Shown here: in pieces, positions 31,718-43,536 of the stretch
How positions within the stretch are numbered: position 1 is the stretch's first letter
How the letters are laid out: the number at the start of each line of letters is the position of its first letter
Source of the DNA: Picochlorum sp. SENEW3
Lineage: Eukaryota
Direction: 5' to 3'
Length of the DNA stretch: 64,000 nucleotides
Assembly (NCBI GenBank): GCA_034226945.1
Contig: CP120456.1
Coordinates: 930,001 to 994,000 of the forward strand
Notes under the pieces: generated by a model
Told to the model about the DNA's origin: nothing
The model's database searches: none
The model's input: the letters and a program-made list of their open reading frames with translations, nothing else
Position numbers and translations under genes: made by a program

Positions 31718-34700
31718 TCATTCGATATCGACACTGTCCGCTGCTGCAAAGGTGGAACCTCGGGTTGGGAAGAAGGCAAGCATTTTGTCCATTTCTTTCT
31801 TGTGGCCGTCCTCCACAAGCTTGTAGTGGGGCCATTCTCCCTCCCAACCATCTTTTGACATTTGAAAACTAGAAACTTGGCAGACGATATCGTCGATCGG
31901 CACGCTGGACACACGTTCGTCATGCCTCCACAGCCTCTCTCCTGTGAACTCCTTCACCATGTACACAGTGGTTCCATGGCACTCCATCTTTTCCGTCTCA
32001 TATATCCCGCAAATCGCGTATCGTTCCACTTCATCTGGCTTCCGGGGACTGAATACGCGGACAAATTCATACACCACCCCAACGTGGAGAGCCTCAGAAT
32101 CCTTGTCCCTCAGCAAGACAAAGTGTGACCGCCTCTTCGTATCACGCCTGTCATAGAATGTTTTCACACAACAGCCTTTGCCATCTACCAAGACGTTGCA
32201 AGAAAAATGACTGTACAATTTGATATCTCTCTGCGGCTCCCTCGGTCTCTCGTCCTGGTGCTTTGTGTGAAACTCTCTGATGAGGTTCAACTTCTTCTTC
32301 TCGATGGACTCCCTCAGCTTATCCCTCTGCTGCTTCGATGCATCTCTAGCTTCGATGCATTTCGTCGTACTCCGCTCTACTCCTTTCCCTTGAAGAGCAT
32401 ACGTGGTGCTTGGATGGGCGTCGTACATGGTGCCCGCAGCCTTTCGGTGTTGCTTCGGGGCATACACTGGGATGGCACTCTGGTCGGCTGACCCAAGCTT
32501 GTGCTTGGCTTTCTCCAATGCCGATCTGATAAGATACCGTTTTGCTAATGTTGCCTCGGGCGTATTGATACAACTCGTCGAGGAGACGGCCCGCATAGCC
32601 CGTTCGACCCACAGCTCTGACAACTGGTGCAGTGGGCCCAGGAAGGCCTCCTGGTGATGCAGGAGGCAGTTGGCTGTATGGAGGTTGGGCGTCAGCAATT
32701 CGTATGCCTTCTCTTCCTGACATATCCTTGAGAACTGGTGTAGATGCCAGAGGGCTTGAGATGGCTCGAGCCGGGCGGCTTCAGCGTGGCTCAGGTGATG
32801 CATGACAAACTGCCTCAAATGTGACCAAGCTTCCATGCCCTTGGGTGTGAGCACAGAAACACCCGTCACCTCCTCGTTGAAGAGGGCACATGAATGTACT
32901 TCTACGAAAACTTTGACTTCCTCGCAAATCCAAGAGTAGCAGTGCTCTAATGGCGAGTATGGACGATTGAACGAGTTGTTCAGAGTAATTCCTCTCTCCA
33001 GTTTCTTGACGGTCTTCTTGCTGTAGACTCTCATACTCCTGCTGTCGGGATCACTGGTTTTCTTGTTGCCGTGGCCATCCCACAAGTATTTGATAAAGTT
33101 TTTCGTTATGCCTAAGAGAATCAGATGGTATAGAGGAGCTGGTATCCCGTGCTTGACATGCAAAGTAGGCACGGCATGAAACACTTTTGCATAGTCATGA
33201 ATCCCAAGCCGATCCTGCCATTCTTGCGTGCTCGATCCGTCGTATATGCCATGGGGCATCACAGTTTTCATAATATTTAATATGTTTTCCAGGTCAGCGT
33301 GTCCGATCACGGACTGCTGCTGAATTGCATCATCATCACAGCGGGACACCTGGAACTCTTCGTTGGTGATTCCATTGATATGTGTGACAGGATCCTCCTC
33401 CTCGTAGCCTGTGAGTAGCCTTCTCTTATATGATTTGCCGTTTTTTCTAGTTATGGCTTCTGAGGCCCGCTGCCAGCAAAAGTAGCACCCTTTGATGGCG
33501 TTCCCTGGAGCGCACATGTGGATCTTTTCTCTGGCCTTGGCATCTGCATGAATGAATCCCAGTATGGGTCGATGAACTCCAGTATGTCTCACCACATGAC
33601 CATCTTCTTCCAGTTCATCATACTGATATTCCATGGGAGATGAGCGGAGGCGCTCAAACTCTTCACCAATAAAACATAAGAAGGGGTTGAGGTTTTTGGG
33701 TTCTTTTGGGCCTGGGATAATTCCCAACAATCTCGTGTTGCAGCTGAGATAGCGGCCTTCAGGGTCCATATCTTCACACTTTAATACAATCAGAGTACAA
33801 GAATGTGCTTTCCTTCCAAAAGGCTGGGATCCATCCACGCCGATCGACCAGATACTAGTTGTGTCGTCGCCTGCTGTGCTTTCCCTCTCCTTGATCCATT
33901 TGAACCACTCGGATGTGTACACCGTGTTTCCTGCGCGACCGTTTTCGATGCTTTTGTTTCTTGATTCTCTAAATTTGCGCGAAGCGAACAGACTCTGCAT
34001 ACAGTCTTGCACCCCAAAGTAATAAAAGTGCTGCATGGGTCTTGGGCTCCCACCCCTGTCGGCCGTGAACCTCTTCCTACCACACCCTGCTCCACATTCT
34101 TCACGCATGTCCCTATCTTTGAACGGGACGACGTTGTCGTAGATGTATCCGCAGGGACACTTATGGTATTCGACAGTCTGAAGGTCTGGAACATCCATGG
34201 CCTTCCTCAGAAGGTGGATGGATGGTGGAATGATCATCCTGTCATGGTTGCTCCTCCCCATCCGAACTACGCTCAAGATATCCTGCATGAGCTCTTTTGA
34301 TACAGCATGCTTTAACTCTATTTCGAGGAGCGCAGATGTGAGCTGAAGCAAAGTGCAGGGTGCCTCATCTTCCTCGTCTTCATCCTCTTGTGGCTGATCC
34401 AGCCCCTCGCCACGTTCCTTACCCAACACTGCCATTAGAAAGATTTGGAAATGCGACCCCTGAGTGCACCGAAAGCGTTCAATAGGTCCATTCTCGCCAT
34501 TTGGCTCATGCTCATCACTCGAAGCGTCGCTGTCTTCAAGGTCCTGCAGGAAGATAGCTTTCACTCTTCAGAACAACAAGAACCAGAATCAGGAAGCATG
34601 ACATGTGTCTCCTCACCTCGGTGCACACGCTGCCCTCATCGGATGATTCCACTGCTTCATCAAAATCTTCACAGGAGCGAATTGGTAGAGTTTCGTCTCG

Positions 34701-35132
34701 GTCATAAGGGAGGAGAGTAGTGGACACTTGTCGATCGAGTTGGATTGTGGCAGCACCATCTTCAAGACTCCTTGGGTGGCACTCATCCGTCACCGCCACA
34801 TCGAACTTCAAGGCAATCTCTGGATGCTTATTTCGTATGTGCTGGAGCAATTTCCGTCGATCTAGGTCTCCCGGCTGATTGAGGCACATCCTCTCATAGA
34901 TGTGAGGCTTCCCATGATAGCCACAAGACTTCCCATACGGGCACTGCACTCGGCACCACACCTGCCTAGATTCTCGATCGAATCGAATCATGGATGGTCG
35001 ACATTCACGCTCCAGATGAATGCATGACTGATGAAAGTCGGTCCACAGTTTTGCTACCTTTTTTGTTCCAGTTCTACTCCTCTTTGACCTTCTCCCTCCC
35101 TGGGAGGTACTTTGCTCCGTATCACGATTCAT
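31718..35132 (-). CDS. EnSpm-type (Transposase_21/Tnp2-like) transposase with N-terminal BED-like finger, 2 exons
   Basis: Exons 35132-34617 and 34543-31718 (73-nt GTGAGG..CTGCAG intron); GVDGSQPF, GIIPGPKEP, HADAKAREK..GCYFC, LYHLILLG, NLH, ELWVER; exon 1 has W..F...C....C...LLQHIRNKHP. Confidence 0.88.
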
Positions 35133-35339
35133 TGGAGATTATACCAAAAAAACATTATTTTATTGTACACGAGCCGTGATGATATGTTGGCAAATGGATA
35201 GGAGTCGCTCTCGCACGATGGTTTGCAGATGCATTCGTATGGCATTTTGAATTCCTCATGTTGCGGACGAGCTGCACTTTGGTTCCATTCGCCCTCTGGA
35301 CCAGCAGAATATATAAAGTATATCCAAAATTAGGTCTCG

Positions 35340-36566
35340 ATGATTCGAATCAAACCCAAATCGGGAAAAGGTCCCTGTCTAGAAATTCAAACATCCGGGT
35401 CAGCAGCACCCGGAGACGACTATTTCAAGCAAATCGCGTCGTTTCGAGAGAAGGAGGGAATACAGAATGAGATTATTATCGAAGCTGAGGATTGCTCGGG
35501 AATACGAGTGGATCTGGATTACCTGACCCCGGAAATGGAGGACATCTTGTGGTGGTTGGAGGCAAGCCCTCCCCCTGAAGTTGCCAACTCTTTTCCCTTA
35601 GATGTTGATGAGGGAGGCGATGTCTCGATCGGAGACAGTTCAGAAATGATGTTTGTTGAGGATACGCATCTAGAGAAACACGCTCGCGAGGCATGCATGA
35701 AGTACTGGGCCAGGTCTCCTGTGAATAATGACTTTGAGCAGTGTCAAGCATACCTGTCCAAGAAAAAAGGCATGCCCAAGGCACATGAGATCCTTTTCGA
35801 GTTATGCAAAGAAAAAGTTGTGCTGGAATGCGGAGAATTGGCCAGGGTTTCGAGATCATACACAGCAGATAGACTCATGACATACCTGAGCTCAAATCAC
35901 CGGAATAATCACAACAGACATGTCAGAGACGGTGTCCGGAAAAACATGGATGCAGATCGTCACTGGTACCTTCAATTTGGAAGATATCTTATCGATTGCA
36001 TCGGAGAGTATCTAGATGGACTGAACCATGCGGCAGAAGGCGACAAGAGGTTTTCCACCCAAGAGCACTTGCAGCATCTGAGACCCTTCGTGTTACAAAA
36101 GCTCCCTGCGTGGTATTCTCCAGACAAGTATTCCTTCATCTTTACAGGGGCCAAGAAGAATTCTGGAAATGAGATGAATTCGCTTATCATCGACGATCTT
36201 GACAAAGTCAGAGAGGAACATCCTGAATTCGACGGGAAGGCTAAAGCTCTCATGTCTGAACAAATACACAAGCAAGCACTCGACAGTGTCAAACATGTAC
36301 ACGAGGAGAACAAGCGGTTGAAGAAACTGCTTTCCAAGAAAGATAAGTCAGAGGATGACGCCAAGGCAGAAAGGGATATCCTCAAGAAACAGTTGGCAGA
36401 ACTCCAGAAGGAGGTGGAGCAACTGAAGAGCAGACGTCCAGGGGCAAAGCGTGGTGCGAAGCAGCGACGAACGCAGGATTGTGGCAACGACTACGCTAAA
36501 ACATATATCACAGGGACATCCAGGCGACGGAGGCCTCTCGAGGATGCACAAGACAAAGAGAATTGA
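35340..36566 (+). CDS. CACTA accessory ORF (408 aa, C-terminal coiled coil and basic tail)
   Basis: Intact ORF divergent from the transposase inside the TIRs; conserved but frameshifted in copy 2. Confidence 0.75.
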   Translation: MIRIKPKSGKGPCLEIQTSGSAAPGDDYFKQIASFREKEGIQNEIIIEAEDCSGIRVDLDYLTPEMEDILWWLEASPPPEVANSFPLDVDEGGDVSIGDSSEMMFVEDTHLEKHAREACMKYWARSPVNNDFEQCQAYLSKKKGMPKAHEILFELCKEKVVLECGELARVSRSYTADRLMTYLSSNHRNNHNRHVRDGVRKNMDADRHWYLQFGRYLIDCIGEYLDGLNHAAEGDKRFSTQEHLQHLRPFVLQKLPAWYSPDKYSFIFTGAKKNSGNEMNSLIIDDLDKVREEHPEFDGKAKALMSEQIHKQALDSVKHVHEENKRLKKLLSKKDKSEDDAKAERDILKKQLAELQKEVEQLKSRRPGAKRGAKQRRTQDCGNDYAKTYITGTSRRRRPLEDAQDKEN

Positions 36567-37525
36567 CCCACATCATGGCACCCTGGAGATGCACAAGTGA
36601 GCCGGGTGGTTGGGTTGGACGGGTATAGTTTTTTCCAAGTAAATATTTAGCACTGTCCATACAGCCTCACAATGATACAGTATCAATAAATAAACAATAT
36701 ACTCTAATGTAAGTTCCAAATTCGTAGCAGAGCGGCTCGCTCGCAGCGTGACCAACGACATTCCATCACTAACGACCACCCTTGTATATGTGCCTGCAGG
36801 TATAGAGTCCCTCCAATCACGTCGCCAAACAATCAATAAAGGTAAGAACTGACAATTATGTGTGGTGCAGGTGTGAATAGACGTGGCATGGAGAGGACTC
36901 GCCGTCTGGCAACAGACGGTTAACGGTTTTTCCCCAATGGTCGCCCCAGTGCCTAGAGTGGCACAACAAGGGGTGATCATTGGTGGAAAAGCAATGAATA
37001 AATCGAATTGTAAAGTATCGTGTAAAAAGAATTAAAAAATCGAGCAGCCCCGGAGGGGGCGAGCAACGATCTGTCGTAATTAGATATATTAAGTACAACC
37101 CGCCTGCGAAAATTTTCCAAAATTCCCCGACCTGCCAGTTAGCACGTTCTTTTGATCGAGTTTTGATCCAGCGCAGTGGAGCCATTTCACGCACTCCCGC
37201 CGCTCTAAAAAGTTGCATTAATACTTAAAAGTTCATATTGTGTCCAGGGAACGGCGTCTTTACGCGTCAAACATAACTTTTGGACGCTCAGTTTCAAGCG
37301 CATCTGCACATCCCTCCGAGAGGCGAACTCCCGATTGCGCGAACCATTTGGCGTCAAATTTTCACGAGATACTCTATTTGTAACACTGATCAATAATATA
37401 TACGAGCGGGATTATATAATGCCCTGTACGCGACGAAATCAGCGACCCAAAATCAAGGGGACTGCCATCCTTTCTGTAAGTGTAACGAGAAGCTCATACT
37501 CCTCATCGAGAGGCAACCTGCGACG

Positions 37526-38854
37526 ATGGCCACGGCTGTCGCCAACCTCCAGAACTTTATGGAGGCTCTGCGAGAAGCAGAAAAAGCAACAAAGTCAGCA
37601 AGAGTGACTTTCACCACCACCCTGCAGTGCGAGAATGGAGAACCGGAACGTTCGTACATTCAAAATTTGAAATTGCGAATCGACCGATCCATCATCTTGC
37701 ACCTCGAACAAGGGTTGCAAGCCTACGGAAATCAACCTTTATTGCAAGATAACATTGAAGATCCCCACAAGATGATGTTCACGGAGGAGAAGATCGGCCA
37801 CCACTATGCCACCAAAACAAAGACACTGAGGATTTTCTGGAATATGTGGGTGCTGCGGGAATTTCAGCCACATTTCGGAAAAATCGTCAATGACGGGTCC
37901 TGGATGTTCTTTGAACATGAAGACAAACAGTTCCCGGTGACTGTACAGTATGAAACTCAGACACAGACGCAACAAGCCATCTTACGGGGTGTCCCAACTC
38001 GACACCCGGAGCTGCTTCAACAGTTCTTGGGAAGTATCATGCAACACTTGGCAAACAAAGGTAACATCTCGAAAGAAGCGGAGATAATGACATGCGCACC
38101 TCGCAGCCATACGAGGAACGCCGGAGAAATGCCAGAATACCTCCATGCAACAGAATGGCTCATCACCTACAAGGACAACAGGCCAGGACAGAATGGCACC
38201 ATCCCAGTGGGCCCAACAGGACCTGCACTGGAGTGGCAGGTACTCAGACCCCGCCGCCCACATGTCTCATTGGACACAGTACCAACCCTGGCCAACTACC
38301 CAGTGAGAGAAGTACAGTATGCCGCCATGGTGGAGAACAACGAAATCCAAACCGACGATTTCGTGAACATCACAAGCGAGGAATTCGCAGCCCAAGTAAA
38401 CCAGACACAAGAAGCACACACAGAAACACAGGACACATCAGCACCCCAGCCAGCACAACAGATGGAGGAGGACCAACAGGAGGCACCCAACACCGAAGAA
38501 CACGACAACCTTGTCGACCCACAGCACACCGCCGCCAACCAACAGGATGGAACGAATGAAGCTATGACACAGAGGGAAGAGGGACCAAGGGAAGCCGGCA
38601 ACACAGAGGACTCAGAGGATGTGGTGTCTGCAGAGACACGCACTGTGGCGAGCAACACAGCGACGTCAGGCCTGGACAACTCTGAAGAAGCACACAACAA
38701 TCTGCAGGACCTGATAGGGGAGGAGAGCCAGAGGAGGATCACAAGAGCCTCGACCAAAAAGAGGGAGCAGCAAGGCTCACCAAAAAAGAAGCTAGCCACA
38801 GGCCCCTCACCAACGGCATCGCCTCAGAAGAAGGCGCATGCCATCCGCAAGTAA
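37526..38854 (+). CDS. LINE-B ORF1 protein
   Basis: 442 aa ORF ending 10 nt before ORF2; A-rich coding strand, Q/E/T-rich disordered C-terminus. Confidence 0.75.
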   Translation: MATAVANLQNFMEALREAEKATKSARVTFTTTLQCENGEPERSYIQNLKLRIDRSIILHLEQGLQAYGNQPLLQDNIEDPHKMMFTEEKIGHHYATKTKTLRIFWNMWVLREFQPHFGKIVNDGSWMFFEHEDKQFPVTVQYETQTQTQQAILRGVPTRHPELLQQFLGSIMQHLANKGNISKEAEIMTCAPRSHTRNAGEMPEYLHATEWLITYKDNRPGQNGTIPVGPTGPALEWQVLRPRRPHVSLDTVPTLANYPVREVQYAAMVENNEIQTDDFVNITSEEFAAQVNQTQEAHTETQDTSAPQPAQQMEEDQQEAPNTEEHDNLVDPQHTAANQQDGTNEAMTQREEGPREAGNTEDSEDVVSAETRTVASNTATSGLDNSEEAHNNLQDLIGEESQRRITRASTKKREQQGSPKKKLATGPSPTASPQKKAHAIRK

Positions 38855-38864
38855 ATCATTATCC

Positions 38865-41800
38865 ATGATGATGAACGGCTTGAACTTCATGACATTCAAC
38901 GTAAGAGGCTTGACCCCAAACAAATACAGTGCCATGATGAAGCTGTTAGAAGATCACAGGATTGATATTGCCCTGATACAGGAAACCCATCTCAAAGGAA
39001 ACACAGACGAACACAACTTTACAGACCTACTCGATAGAAACACACAAGCAGAATGGAAAACATTTTGGCACAATGATCGCCAACACGGCAGAGCCGAGGT
39101 ACAGCAATTTGGATCCGAACCTATCGGCAAGGCAGAGCACCAATTCACCTCCACCCCAGCACAGTGACAAGGAAAGGCATGGGCCGCATGATCAGTCTTT
39201 CACTGGACTGGTCGGGACATAAACTAAGAATAGGAAATGTGTATATGCCTACCACCTCCACCTCCAACCACTGGACGATCAGCACGGCTCTGATCAACCA
39301 CATCAAGAAAGATACACAGAGAACACAGGGAATCATTTATGCTGGAGACTGGAATTTTGTTGAAGACCAGACACTGGATACTACCTCCACAAAGAGAATC
39401 AACAACAAACAAGAACAATACCTCATCAGGTACTGGAAAGAAACTGTAGGGAACTCGATCACAGAATGCCAACAGGAGACACTGAGACAGAAACACATGT
39501 ACACACAACACCATGGAACCATGGAAGGAACTATTCATAGCCGCCTGGACCGCTTCTATGCCTCGTCAGACATGACCAGATATATCACACAACCTATCAA
39601 AACGATAGAGATCCACAGCTACGGAATAGTATCAGACCATAAGCCAGTCATCATGAGCATCATCGGGAAATTGCCCCATAAAGATGCTGCACCCGTGCAG
39701 AAAGAATACATGAAAAGGATTAAAACCGCAGCAAAATGCCACCCACTTGCAATGAAGGAGGCGAGGAACGCATTCGAGGCTTTCCTCTCCTCATTCCAGG
39801 GTGGTGTTTGGCTCTCGGAGGAAACCCAAGGGTCTCTGCCGGACACTGACAGACATCGGATGATACTCGAGCAGTATCCACATATTAAACGCCAACTGGG
39901 GAAAATATGGAACCAGGCCTCGAACCAAGCAATTGAAGCACTGAAGCTGGCTTTACATCAAGCCGAGGAACAGGGCATTGACCGACACATCAAAGATTGC
40001 AAACGACAGCTGCAGCAAGGGCAACAGGCAAATCGATCGGATTCACACACGTGTATTCCAAATGACGCAATGGATAAACTCTCTTATCAGCTGCTGATGA
40101 GACCCAAGGGGAGCAACTGCATTGGAAGCTTGACTGACCCAAAGTCACGGTATACTTATACCAGTCCCAAAGGCATCGCAAATTGCCTTGCCAACACGAT
40201 TGCAGAGGTATCAAAGCCTCCGCAAACAAATCAGGAAGCCCAGCAGGAACTGATCGATTTGATTGCGGAGGAAGATCGCACTGTCTTCCCGACCTTTTGT
40301 AACCCCTCAGAGACAATCAGCTCACAGGAAGTCGCCAAAGCCATCAGGAAAATCCGCAACTCCTGTCCTGGAGATGATGGGTTGCAGATTATCCACTACA
40401 GAAAGTTTAGCAAATGGATGTGTCCGATCTTGGCCACACTATTTTCCGCCATCATCGCAAGGAACGAGATGCCAGCCAAATTTCATCATGGCACGATCAG
40501 AGCCATTGAAAAGGGAGGAACCCTGACAGATCCCACCAATTATAGACCCATCACCCTACTCAATGTGGACTACAGAATCTTCGGGTTTATCCTGAAGGAG
40601 AGAATGACTTTGAGCCTCCAGAACTTGATTCCAGCAACGCAGACAGCCTTCCTGCCTGGAAGACAGTCAGCAGAAAACATATGGGCAGTACAGACCATCC
40701 CCCTACTCCTACACAGAGACAACAGAGAAGCATTGATCGCCCTATGCGACTTTCGCAAAGCCTATGACACGATTGATGAGAGCTTTCTGTTTCAGATATG
40801 CCATACACTCCAGATGCCAGACTACCTGGTGAGATGGATTCAACTCATGCTCCAGGAGACAACCAGTAAGGTATATGCAAACCATTGCTTTTCAGACTAC
40901 AGACAATTTCATGCAGGGCTGAGACAGGGATGCCCAGCGTCCCCACTACTCTACCTGTTAATTGGATTTATGCTAGCTCGCCTGGTACAACACTCAGAAC
41001 TGGGCATAACAATACCATGTCCACTCCAGACAGACCCAACACAGTCAGATACAGCCTTGAAGCTATGCCTTTTCCAGTTTGCTGACGACAGCAAACTCAT
41101 TCTCGAAGAAGATCAGATCCCGCGCTTTAAACAGATTATGGCGCTGTTCGCTGAGGCAACAGGGCAGCACTTGAACAAGGAGAAGACCAAACTCTTGCCC
41201 ATAGGCGCCCTCAAGACCCTGCATCACAAGCAACAGATCGATGACTTCAAGGTCACAACAGAAGCAAAAATCCTAGGTGTGACACTACACTGCGGAATTG
41301 ACGCTCCGACATACCATTGGCAAAGCAAAATGTCCCAACTCCAGCAGCTCACGGATAAAATCAAGCGTATGACAGGACTGTCCATCTTTGCAAAATTTGA
41401 CCTCTTCAACAAATTTGTCACCTCCAAAGTACTCTATGCTGCAGAATTTATCTATACACCGCCATCCATAGTCGATGGCATCCATAAGATGGCAAGGAAG
41501 CTTTTACCACCAGATGCACCATGCTGGAAAAACGAAGCAATACAGTCTAGAGCCGATCTTGGCGGCCTGGGCATGCTCCCCTTTCGGGAACATATCAAGG
41601 CCCGTCAATATAAATGGCTCATCAGCTCTCGTGTTAGGCACCACCACCGTCTGGTCCACGCTGGTATGGAATGCCACAGCACACTACAGAAGAACCAACA
41701 GGCCAACAAAGATCATGGCTCTCAGGCTCCTCACCCAGCCGTGTGAGTTACCGGGAGTCCACCCGGCTCTCATGGAATACAGCGAGGACAACGAGATCTC

Positions 41801-42610
41801 ATTGCACTCGCTGATCAACTCAGTATTCAGGAATCCAACAGAAGAAAGACAGTGGAACTACTGCTGGCATCGCTACAAAGGAAACCAGTTGCCACTCCAC
41901 AAGTATACGGTGAAAGATGGCACTCGCCTGATCACCATCAACTCGCCAGACCCAGTCAAATGGCAGCAAGCGACCAACAATCAGATTGCTTGGATACACA
42001 CTGTGAGCGAGATACGGCCCAGGTTCGGTAAGATGCTGGGAAACATCAGAAAATGGTGGAGAGCACGGGTGCCCAACCCGTGGAAGGCGATCATATGGCA
42101 TATAAACTCAGGAGGGCTCCTCGTGAGTCATCTCCCAGCGGAGAGGCGCAAGGACTGTGCATGTGGACATTCGAAGGCATCAATGGACCATTATGCCCGA
42201 GAATGCCCTATTGCCAAACATGTCTACAGCCTCCTCAAACCAGAAAGCATGCTTGCTGGAACAAACAGCCATTTCCAACTCCTTCTTCACAACATATGGA
42301 GCAACACATCTCCAAAGGATGTGGACGATGCCATATGGACTGAGATTAGTATTATTACCATCAATGCTTTGGATGTGGGCCGTAAAACAGCCTACAGACT
42401 CCTCCACCACTCCACCACAGAACATCCACCACAGCCACAGGATATCCTCAGAAAGGCCAGCCACACAGCAGAGCAGTACTTCTGGGAACTGCTGAAACAA
42501 CGAAAGCCAGCTTCCCTCCACCATCGCCAACAATGAAAGAGTTGCCATTCCTGAAATGGCAACCTGCTAACAATCGCTGGGTGTTACAGAAACCCCTGAT
42601 ATGGACCTGA
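38865..42610 (+). pseudogene. LINE-B ORF2 (AP endonuclease + reverse transcriptase + zinc finger), frameshifted
   Basis: TFNVRGL, IQETH, GDWN, SRLDRFY, SDH; NYRPITLLNVDY, DFRKAYD, GLRQGCPASP, QFADD; CACG..DHYARECP; frame changes near 39095, 41630 and 42510. Confidence 0.92.
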
Positions 42611-43071
42611 CTAGAAACAGATCAGTGACACTCGTGCAGTGAACAAGGAAGCGCTTGCCACTTCCAGGACAAACATCAGCATTCCAAGAGAGACTATAGT
42701 CAGATTTGCCTGAAGTATGACGGCCCAACTGCTCCTGTACGGTTTAGTGGTACCCATGGTAAAAATTTCACAACCTGGAGCAGTCGTCATATGGAAGGTC
42801 GAGGAAATCTGTTTCATTCACTATGCTACACTCGCTCAAACAAAACACTACAGAGGAGTATGTCCAATGGACAATGTACAGGTCAGGAGGTTTTGTATCC
42901 CTTTATAAATTCCTCAACATTTTATTTAGGGATTTCCTCCTGTGGGGCTTGTATGATTTGGAAGATATTCGTCATATTTCTCGACTGTGTAATAATCCCC
43001 TATAAAAAATAAAACTTACATTGGTGGAGCTGCGAAGAATCGAATTTCCCCGTTGTAGAGTCCCGACGGCG

Positions 43072-43284
43072 GAGGTATGGAAGAGGTCTTATTCAAGACC
43101 CCGAGCTAAATCACCGGTCGCTTAAAATATCCGACCGGCCAAACACGGTCCAAAATCTACATGTTTTCTAACCCTAATACCCTAATCCCCCGGCCCCCTA
43201 CCCGACCCTACCCGGTCCCTGGACCATTTGATGGGAAATCCCTAAACTACAGGGGGTCTTAAATAAGGCCTCTTCTCTGTATGG
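43072..43284. mobile_element. Putative ~210-bp miniature inverted-repeat element
   Basis: Inverted repeat GAAGAGGTCTTATTCAAGACCCC (43080-43102) / GGGGTCTTAAATAAGGCCTCTTC (43253-43275); GACGGCG direct repeat at 43065 and 43285; internal CCCTA repeats. Confidence 0.5.
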
Positions 43285-43536
43285 GACGGCGAGACGATGC
43301 CTCGCAATACGCGCTCGCGAGCGACGATCGTCCCAGAGTTAACTAACTCTACTTCCTTGAGGACTCCTCATGAGGATCCTTGATCAAGGCCCTCATCCTG
43401 TTTCCCTACAGTGCTAATTTACTTCACACACACGATAATCCCCCTATTATTAAAAAAAAAATTGGGGCTCATGAAATCAACCAATAACTATTGGAGATTA
43501 GTGCGGTGCGCCTTTTTCAAAATAATATTCTCATTA

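Larger units (their letters stand above)
31400..37482 (-). mobile_element. CACTA/EnSpm-like transposon copy 1 (6083 bp)
   Basis: 18-bp TIR CACTTACAGAAAGGATGG at both ends, 3-bp TSD TAA, transposase plus a divergent ORF. Confidence 0.95.
31299..43013 (+). mobile_element. LINE family B (L1/Tx1-type), full length, interrupted in its 5'UTR by a CACTA element
   Basis: Candidate TSD ACTTACATT at 31290-31298 and 43014-43022; ORF1 plus APE-RT ORF2; A-rich tail near 43004-43013. Confidence 0.8.

Noticed and set aside
43168..43246. CCCTAA-like units as a true interstitial telomere
   Set aside because: Few, degenerate, non-tandem and enclosed within an inverted-repeat element
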